In this document: positions 57,954-64,000 of the stretch, piece after piece | How positions within the stretch are numbered: the first letter of the stretch is position 1 | How the letters are laid out: each line of letters opens with the position of its first letter | From: Candidatus Hadarchaeota archaeon | GTDB taxonomy: Archaea > Hadarchaeota > Hadarchaeia > Hadarchaeales > JAWBSP01 | Assembly (NCBI GenBank): GCA_964632175.1 | Contig: CAZWBJ010000002.1 | Location: 13,878 to 77,877 of the forward strand | DNA length: 64,000 bases | Direction of reading: 5' to 3' | Notes under the pieces: generated by a model | What the model was told of the DNA's origin: nothing | Database searches by the model: none | Seen by the model: only the letters and a program-made list of their open reading frames with translations | Translations under genes and position numbers: made by a program

Positions 57954-58929
57954 GCCTCCTCACCTCAAGCAGCTTCTTCTTGTAGGACCCCGTATCTTCT
58001 TTCACCCAGTCCTCCACATCGAGTTTCAGAATGGATCCGTCGGCCCTCTTTATCACCACCCTCTTTATCCCGGCGTTGATGAGCACCCTTTTGCACCGGT
58101 CGCAGGGCCTCCCCTCCACCAAGCTCCCGTCCCTATAGTCCTGCCCGTAGAGGTAGAGGGTGCCACCTAGAACGCTCGCCCCGTGCCTCGCCGCGTTGAT
58201 GATGCAGTTCTCCTCCGCGTGGACACCGATGCACCACTCGTATCCCGTGTAGTGCGGAACCTTCATCTCCTCCTTAAGACAGCCGACCTCCATGCAGTTC
58301 ACCACCCCCCTCGCGGGGCCGTTGTACCCCGTGGAGACCACTACGTCCTCCTTCACCACTATCGCCCCGAACTGGCGCCGGATGCAGGGTGACCTCTGGG
58401 CCACGGACTTGGCTATCCCCAAGTAATACTCATCCTTGCTGGGGCGAGTGTCCATCTTCACCTCCCCCACGATTACCTTTCCCTCCGGAGTTATCTCCCC
58501 CCGCCTCACCCTCTCGGAAGAGATGGGAAGCCCGTCCTCCGCCAGCACCCAAGGGATCACCACGATATCGAGCGGCTTCAGCCCCCTCTCCCCCCGCAGC
58601 TTGTTTATCTCTCGGGCGGCTGGCTCCGTTTCCTCGCTCACCACGATGGCCTCCAGCTCCGGGTCCTCGGGCGCTGGCCCAAAAGGATCCTCCAAGGTGA
58701 AGACGATGGCCCTTTCCTCCCAGCCCCTCGAGCGCAGAAAGTCCCTGACGTTCTGGGTCCTGAGTTCCAGAGATTGGGTGACCCCCTTCCTGCTGGCAAG
58801 CTTCTCGCCCGAGATACCCAAGAGAACCTTCTCCCCGAGCTCGAAGGCCTTGGAGAGGAGGGCTTGGTGCCCCCGGTGGAAGTGCTCAAAGGTGCCACCC
58901 ACCGCCACCTTTCTGTACTTAGCCTGCAA
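57931..58929 (-). CDS. Continuous ORF fusing an N-terminal archaeal phosphopantetheine adenylyltransferase (PPAT) to a C-terminal dCMP deaminase
   Basis: aa 1-158: VAVGGTFEHFHRGH, IVVSEETEP, ISSERVRRGEI (archaeal PPAT, COG1019). aa 159-332: MDTRPSKDEYY...HAEENCIINAARHG...PCDRCKRVLINAGIKRV (dCMP deaminase Zn motifs). There is no stop codon between the two parts. Confidence 0.75.
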   Translation of the reverse strand: MQAKYRKVAVGGTFEHFHRGHQALLSKAFELGEKVLLGISGEKLASRKGVTQSLELRTQNVRDFLRSRGWEERAIVFTLEDPFGPAPEDPELEAIVVSEETEPAAREINKLRGERGLKPLDIVVIPWVLAEDGLPISSERVRRGEITPEGKVIVGEVKMDTRPSKDEYYLGIAKSVAQRSPCIRRQFGAIVVKEDVVVSTGYNGPARGVVNCMEVGCLKEEMKVPHYTGYEWCIGVHAEENCIINAARHGASVLGGTLYLYGQDYRDGSLVEGRPCDRCKRVLINAGIKRVVIKRADGSILKLDVEDWVKEDTGSYKKKLLEVRRHGSRVEG

Positions 58930-59677
58930 GCTCCCTCGCCCTCTCCCAGGCCTTCCTGATGGCCTTCCTCAGGGGTTTCACCTCCCCCAGCTCCCTCAAC
59001 CCCGCCTCCGTGGTTCCACCCGGGGAGGCCACGCTTTCCACAATATCCTCCGGGTCTCTTCCCTCAAGCACCTCCCCCCCGACCCCCCTCATCGTCTGGG
59101 CCGCGAGCTCTAGGGCCCGCTCCTTCGGCAAGCCCAGTCTAACTGCCTCCTCCACCGCGGCTTCCAGAAGGCGGGCGAAGAAAGCCGGGCCGCTCCCGCT
59201 TAAGGCCGTGACCGCATCCAGCTGCCCCTCCTCTACCTCCACCACCCTACCGAGTTGGGAGAGGAGTTCCCTCACCACCTTCACGGAACGCGCATCCGCC
59301 CTCCCGGGGCAAAGGGCCATGGCACCCTCCCTCCTTCTGCAAAGGATGTTGGGCATGACCCTGAAAAGCTTGGCCCCCTCCAGCCGCTCGAACTCCTTCA
59401 GCGGGACACCGGCGGCCACCGAAACGAGGATGTTCCGAAAGCCAGAGATCCCCTCCAGCACCTCCCTCACCTCCTTGGGCTTCACGGCGAGAAAGACCAC
59501 CTCGCAGGCTAGGACTCCCTCCTTCGGGGCCACCCTCACACCCAACGACCTCATGCGCTCCAGCTTGCCCTCATCCTTGTCGCTCACCCATATATCACGC
59601 GCCCTGATCCCGGCCCTGAGCAATCCCTCCACCAGCGCCGAGCCCATCCTTCCCGCCCCGATGATCCCAATCTTCAA
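58919..59677 (-). CDS. proC: Pyrroline-5-carboxylate reductase
   Basis: IGIIGAGRMG start and ProC family C-terminal region; 252 aa. Confidence 0.9.
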   Translation of the reverse strand: MKIGIIGAGRMGSALVEGLLRAGIRARDIWVSDKDEGKLERMRSLGVRVAPKEGVLACEVVFLAVKPKEVREVLEGISGFRNILVSVAAGVPLKEFERLEGAKLFRVMPNILCRRREGAMALCPGRADARSVKVVRELLSQLGRVVEVEEGQLDAVTALSGSGPAFFARLLEAAVEEAVRLGLPKERALELAAQTMRGVGGEVLEGRDPEDIVESVASPGGTTEAGLRELGEVKPLRKAIRKAWERARELAG

Positions 59678-61002
59678 GAGAGGAACCTCCTCCTGACCTC
59701 CTCCCAGTCGGTCGCAAGGGGCTGGTGCAGAAACTTTTTCCTCCCCTCCACATAGTCCGCCACCACCTGCCCGCTCCCGATCACGTAATACTTGGTAGTG
59801 GTGAGGCCCTCCAACCCCACCGGTCCCCTTGCGTGTAGCTTCCCCGTGCTTATCCCCACTTCCGCACCCAACCCATACCTGTAACCATCACTGAAGCGCG
59901 TGGAGGCGTTCCACATCACGGAGGAAGAGTCCACCCCCTCCAGGAACTCTAGGGCGGCCTTCGCATCCTCTGTCACTATCGCGTCAGTGTGCTTGGAACC
60001 GTGGGCGTTTATGTGGTCGACGGCCTCCCGCAGACTCTCCACCACCTTCACGGTGACCACGAGGTCCAGGTACTCGGTGTCCCAATCGACCTCCGTTGCC
60101 CTCTTTGCCTTGATGATCTTGAGTGTCTTTGGGCATCCCCTGATTTCCACACCCGCCGAACCCAGCCTCTCAGCCAACATAGGGAGGAATTTGCCGGCCA
60201 CAGAGGAGTGCACGAGGATCTTTTCCACCGCGTTGCAGACGGCCGGATACTGCACCTTGGCGTCGTAGCAGATTTCGAGAGCCTTCTTCAGCTCGGCACT
60301 AGCGTCGACATATATGTGGCAGATCCCCTCGGCGTGCCCGAGAACGGGAATCCTGGTGTGGGTCTGGATGTATTTTATAAATTCCTTGCTGCCGCGTGGA
60401 ACGAGCAGATCGATGTATTCATCGAGTTCCAGCATCTCCCTCACCTCCCTCCTCTCCTCTATGAGCTGCATCCATCCCGCGGGCACGCCCTCCGCCTCCG
60501 TGGCCTCCTTCATTATGGAAAAGAGGATCCGGTTTGACTCGGAGGCTTCCCTCCCCCCCTTCAGCACCACCGCGTTTCCCGACTTGAGGCAGAGGGAGGA
60601 AATCTGGGGAAGGACATCGGGCCTGGACTCGAAGATCGCCCCGATGACCCCTATCGGACAGGTTACCTTATAGACCTCCAGCCCCTCATCCAGCTTCATG
60701 GCGTAGACCGTTCTTCCCAGAGGGTCGGGAAGGGAGGCCACGCTCCTCAGGCTCTCCACGATGGAGTCCACCTTCTTATCAGACAGCTTCAGCCTCTCCA
60801 GCAGGGGTTTAGAAAGTTTTCCTTTTTTTACGAGCCGCTCCCCTCTGGACACGTCCAGCTCGTTGGCCTTCAGAATTTCCCGCTTCCTTTCCGCCACCTC
60901 CCGTGCGGCACGCCTCAGGGCGCCGTTCCTCACCTCGAGCGACAAGGTGGTCATGTGTAGGGCCGCTCGCCTGGCCTCCTTTACTTTCTGCAGGACGCTC
61001 AT
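59674..61002 (-). CDS. proA: Gamma-glutamyl phosphate reductase
   Basis: ProA (ALDH-like) family; 442 aa. Confidence 0.9.
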   Translation of the reverse strand: MSVLQKVKEARRAALHMTTLSLEVRNGALRRAAREVAERKREILKANELDVSRGERLVKKGKLSKPLLERLKLSDKKVDSIVESLRSVASLPDPLGRTVYAMKLDEGLEVYKVTCPIGVIGAIFESRPDVLPQISSLCLKSGNAVVLKGGREASESNRILFSIMKEATEAEGVPAGWMQLIEERREVREMLELDEYIDLLVPRGSKEFIKYIQTHTRIPVLGHAEGICHIYVDASAELKKALEICYDAKVQYPAVCNAVEKILVHSSVAGKFLPMLAERLGSAGVEIRGCPKTLKIIKAKRATEVDWDTEYLDLVVTVKVVESLREAVDHINAHGSKHTDAIVTEDAKAALEFLEGVDSSSVMWNASTRFSDGYRYGLGAEVGISTGKLHARGPVGLEGLTTTKYYVIGSGQVVADYVEGRKKFLHQPLATDWEEVRRRFLS

Positions 61003-61784
61003 CGCCTAGGTAGGAAGAGGGTTCCGAGTTCCTCACCGGCGAGAATTCTCTTCAGCACGTCCTTCTCCGCTGAGTTCGCCAGCACGGTGGGAATCCCGTG
61101 GGAGGTCGCCATCTTGGCCGCAAGCACCTTGGTGTACATCCCGCCAAACCTTTTTGAACTCCTGCCGACAGCCTCCTCCAGTTCCGGCGAGATCTCCTCC
61201 ACCAGCCTCACCAAGCGCGCGCCCGCACTGCTCCTGGGATCTTCGGTGAAAAGACCGTCCACATCGGAGAGGATGAGCAGGAGATCCGCGTTGGAGTGAA
61301 CCGCGACCTGCGCGGCTAGGAGGTCGTTGTCTCCTATCTTTATCTCCTCGGTCGCCACTGTGTCGTTCTCGTTGATGAGAGGTATGACGCCCCAGAGCAA
61401 GAGATTTTGGAGAGTGGCCTGAAGGTTCCGGAGCCTCTCGGGGTGGGTGAAGTCCTCGGCGGTGAGGAGAAGCTGGGCTACCGGCTGACCGTACTCGGAG
61501 AAAAACTTCTCGTAGGTCTGCATGAGAATGCCCTGCCCCACCGCTGCCGCCGCCTGGAGCAAGTCCAACCTGTCCGGCCTCTCCTTGAGGTTCAGCCTTC
61601 CCATGCCCGCCCCTATAGCGCCAGAAGTTACAACTAGGATTTCCCTTCCTTCCCTCACCGACATGATGTCGTGGACGAACTTTCCCACCTTGCGCTCGTC
61701 CAGCCTAGATCTCTCATCCGTGAGGCTGCTGGTTCCTATTTTCACCGTTATCCTGCGCACTCCCGAAAAATCCCGCCCCATCAT
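60999..61784 (-). CDS. proB: Glutamate 5-kinase (short form without PUA domain)
   Basis: Amino-acid kinase fold with ITVKIGTSSL...VVTSGAIGAG; 261 aa. Confidence 0.9.
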   Translation of the reverse strand: MMGRDFSGVRRITVKIGTSSLTDERSRLDERKVGKFVHDIMSVREGREILVVTSGAIGAGMGRLNLKERPDRLDLLQAAAAVGQGILMQTYEKFFSEYGQPVAQLLLTAEDFTHPERLRNLQATLQNLLLWGVIPLINENDTVATEEIKIGDNDLLAAQVAVHSNADLLLILSDVDGLFTEDPRSSAGARLVRLVEEISPELEEAVGRSSKRFGGMYTKVLAAKMATSHGIPTVLANSAEKDVLKRILAGEELGTLFLPRR

Positions 61785-62320
61785 AGTGTAGAAGCCTCGC
61801 TTTTAGTCGCGACCACAAAGACGTCCTCACACTCAGGCGGATCCAAGGCCTCCAGCACCCTGAAGCCCGACCGCCCCACCATTTCCGCCAAGAGGGGCAA
61901 CGGGTGCTTCTTCTTCAGAGAACTCAGGACGAGCCTTCCGCCAGCCCGCAGAACCCTGCTCATCTCCGCCAGCGCCCTGAGAGGCTCGGGGAAGTTCTGG
62001 AGGGCGGTGATGGAGAGCACCTGGTCGAAGACGCCGTCTCTGAAGGGTAGATGCTCCGCGTCCGCCAGCACGAGCACCCCCCTCGCCTTCCCCAGCATCC
62101 TCTCCGAGAAGTCCACCCCTACCACCAGCTCCGCAAGCCGCTGGAGCTCCCGCAGGTAGAGACCTGTCCCGCACCCCACCTCCAGGAGCCGCTCACAGGG
62201 GAGGAGATACCGTCGCGCAAGCTCGTACTTCCCAAGCTGGATCTCGCGGTACCTCCGCTCGTAAAAGTCGGCAGTCTGGTCGTAGAGTTCCCTCAGCTCC
62301 GCTTTCCTCCCCTCCCCCAT
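61781..62320 (-). CDS. Class I SAM-dependent methyltransferase
   Basis: LEVGCGTGLY motif I; 179 aa. Confidence 0.7.
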   Translation of the reverse strand: MGEGRKAELRELYDQTADFYERRYREIQLGKYELARRYLLPCERLLEVGCGTGLYLRELQRLAELVVGVDFSERMLGKARGVLVLADAEHLPFRDGVFDQVLSITALQNFPEPLRALAEMSRVLRAGGRLVLSSLKKKHPLPLLAEMVGRSGFRVLEALDPPECEDVFVVATKSEASTL

Positions 62321-62388
62321 CTAGAAATCCGGCTGAATTTTGAAGCCGTGAAACGGGCGCCCCAACAGCTCCCTAACTTTTTAGACCC

Positions 62389-63441
62389 TTGTTTTTAATG
62401 ATCCGAGCGCGCCTCTCTGGGCTCCGGGAGAAAATCGCCGCCGAGAAGCTGGACGCTTTCCTTGTAAACAAGAGCGTTAGGTACTTCGGCCTTCCCTCCG
62501 GCAGCCTTCTGGTCCCGCTCGATGGCTCCCCCATCGTGCTCTCAAGCAGGATGGACTACGAGCTCCTAAAGAAGGGCCCCTTCAAGGAGGTCAGGGCCTT
62601 TTGTGAGGCGGAGGTCCAACTGCGCAAGGGGGAAAGTCCCTTCGTGGGGGAATTCTGGCAGTTTCTCCTCTCCGTCCTGCAGGAGCTCAAGCTGAGAAGA
62701 GTGGGGATGGAGAGGGTCTCGCTCCTCCTGCTCAGGAAGCTGGGAGCGGAGGGGGTGGAGTGCTTGGAGCTCCCGCTGGTTGAGGAGCTGAGGATGGTAA
62801 AATCGCGCGAAGAAATCGAGCTGCTGAAACGAAGCGCCAAAATAGCGGTCGAGGGGATGAAGGTGGCCTCCGAACTCATGGAGCCAGGAAGGACGGAGAG
62901 GGAGATAGCCGCCGAGGCCGAGTACGCGATGAGGAAGCTCGGATCGGACGGGACCCCCTTCCCCACCATAGTCGCCTCTGGCCCCAACTCTTGGTTCCCC
63001 CACGCCTCCTCCACGGACAGGGCCCTGCAGAAGGGGGAGCATGTGGTGGTGGACTTGGGGGCGACCTACCAGGGTTACGCCTCGGACGTGAGCAGGACCT
63101 TCAGGGTGAAGAAAGGGGAGTCTAGCCTCATCAAAAAAGTGAGGAGGGTGCAGGGGGAGATCGTCAAGCAAGTGAAGGAGGGGGTCAGGGCCAGCGAGCT
63201 GGACGCACTGGCGAGGAAAAAGTTCGGGGGGGACGCCAAATTCTTCATCCACGGGCTCGGTCACGGGGTGGGCCTCGAGGTCCACGAGCGCCCCAGCCTG
63301 AGCCCCTCCTCCAAGGACATCCTCCAGTCTGGAATGGTGATCACCATCGAGCCAGGGCTTTACCTTCCGGGCAAGGGAGGGGCGAGGTGGGAGGACACGG
63401 TTCTGGTCAGGAGGGACGGCTGCGAGGTGCTGACGGCTTGA
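62389..63441 (+). CDS. Xaa-Pro aminopeptidase / prolidase (M24B family)
   Basis: [13 protein letters not shown] metal-binding motif; 350 aa. Confidence 0.85.
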   Translation: MFLMIRARLSGLREKIAAEKLDAFLVNKSVRYFGLPSGSLLVPLDGSPIVLSSRMDYELLKKGPFKEVRAFCEAEVQLRKGESPFVGEFWQFLLSVLQELKLRRVGMERVSLLLLRKLGAEGVECLELPLVEELRMVKSREEIELLKRSAKIAVEGMKVASELMEPGRTEREIAAEAEYAMRKLGSDGTPFPTIVASGPNSWFPHASSTDRALQKGEHVVVDLGATYQGYASDVSRTFRVKKGESSLIKKVRRVQGEIVKQVKEGVRASELDALARKKFGGDAKFFIHGLGHGVGLEVHERPSLSPSSKDILQSGMVITIEPGLYLPGKGGARWEDTVLVRRDGCEVLTA

Positions 63442-64000
63442 AGGATTTTACCGACTGGTTCGAGCGCGCTCTGGTGGAGGCCGAACTGGTGGACGCGAGG
63501 TACCCGGTGAAGGGGATGTGCGTCTGGCTTCCGTACGGGATGAAGCTCAGAACCCTCGTGCTGGGCATCCTCAGGGACCTGCTGGAGCAGAGCGGGCACA
63601 GGGAGGTGCTCTTCCCGCTGCTGATCCCCGAGGACCAGCTGGCCAAGGAGGCCGAGCACATAAGGGGTTTCGAGAACCAGGTGTTCTGGGTGACCAGAGG
63701 GGGAGGAGAGGATCTGGATGTCAAGCTCGCCCTCCGCCCCACCAGCGAGACGGCCATGTACCCCATGTTCTCCCTCTGGATCCGCTCCCACACTGATCTG
63801 CCCCTTAAGGTGTACCAGGTGGTGAGCGTTTTCAGGTGTGAGACCAAGATGACCAAGCCCCTCATCAGGGTGAGGGAGGTCACCACCTTCAAGGAGGCAC
63901 ACACCGTCCACGCCACTGCCGAGGAGGCGGAGAGACAAGTGAGAGAAGCTGTTGAGATATACAAAAAGTTTTTCGACTCGCTCGGCATCCCCTACCTCAT
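63438..64000 (+). CDS. proS: Proline--tRNA ligase (archaeal-type), 5' part truncated by the window end
   Basis: [17 protein letters not shown]...[12 protein letters not shown] class II motif region. A probable TTG start overlaps the upstream stop. Confidence 0.85.
   Translation, partial: MKDFTDWFERALVEAELVDARYPVKGMCVWLPYGMKLRTLVLGILRDLLEQSGHREVLFPLLIPEDQLAKEAEHIRGFENQVFWVTRGGGEDLDVKLALRPTSETAMYPMFSLWIRSHTDLPLKVYQVVSVFRCETKMTKPLIRVREVTTFKEAHTVHATAEEAERQVREAVEIYKKFFDSLGIPYL

Noticed and set aside
1-64000. Assignment of the contig to Methanopyrus kandleri, on the grounds of ~60% GC and acidic, thermophile-like proteins
   Set aside because: The histone here is a single 69-aa HMf-type protein, not a fused doublet. 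FolD and MTHFS (tetrahydrofolate enzymes) and a proBAC operon are present, and no methanogenesis genes appear in the window. Taxonomy cannot be settled from sequence inspection alone.
1-64000. CRISPR arrays, rRNA genes, tRNA genes, transposases or integrases
   Set aside because: No regularly spaced direct repeats, no rRNA-like conserved stretches, and no tRNA-like structures were found in any intergenic gap. No transposase or integrase-like ORFs were seen.

Overview
This 64 kb window reads as a gene-dense archaeal chromosomal segment of roughly 60% GC. Its proteins look thermophilic: rich in Glu, Arg, Leu and Val. Archaeal markers include TFB, a 69-aa HMf-type histone, the proteasome-alpha/SBDS/Rrp4/Rrp41/Rrp42/L37Ae/RpoP/Pcc1/prefoldin-beta cluster, aIF5A, Nob1, and S24e–S27ae with a DUF359 dephospho-CoA kinase. 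The organism cannot be named from sequence alone. I considered Methanopyrus and rejected it (see rejected items). No rRNA, tRNA or CRISPR arrays were found. About 75 protein genes can be supported, and many are translationally coupled through 1–4 nt ATGA/GTGA overlaps. Functional blocks: a purine block (purB, purH, guaA, guaB); a folate pair (folD, MTHFS); a sugar block with a 693-aa transaldolase-like protein between two xylose-isomerase-like TIM-barrel proteins; the archaeal shikimate route (aroA', aroB', aroD, aroE, tyrA, pheA, with nadE appended, and EPSP synthase nearby); phosphate uptake (PiT with a DUF47/PhoU-like partner); the proBAC operon; and an anaerobic ribonucleotide reductase operon (nrdG, nrdD). 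The most unusual region is 52.4–58.9 kb. There nrdD carries a 388-aa LAGLIDADG intein. nrdG is divergent from a gene encoding a winged-helix protein with a DUF4065 (Panacea-like) C-terminal domain, across a 139-bp promoter region containing three GTTAC-N7-GTAAC palindromes. A 44-aa zinc-ribbon micro-ORF follows nrdD. Downstream, a continuous PPAT–dCMP-deaminase fusion ORF overlaps thyX. Other oddities: an apparent -1 frameshift at the N-terminus of guaA; a tandem-duplicated RpoP zinc ribbon; two adjacent DHH/DHHA1 phosphoesterases, one fused to a TrkA-N domain; a Cys-rich 42-aa ORF with its own canonical TATA box; and a trehalase/GH63-like protein translationally coupled to aroA.
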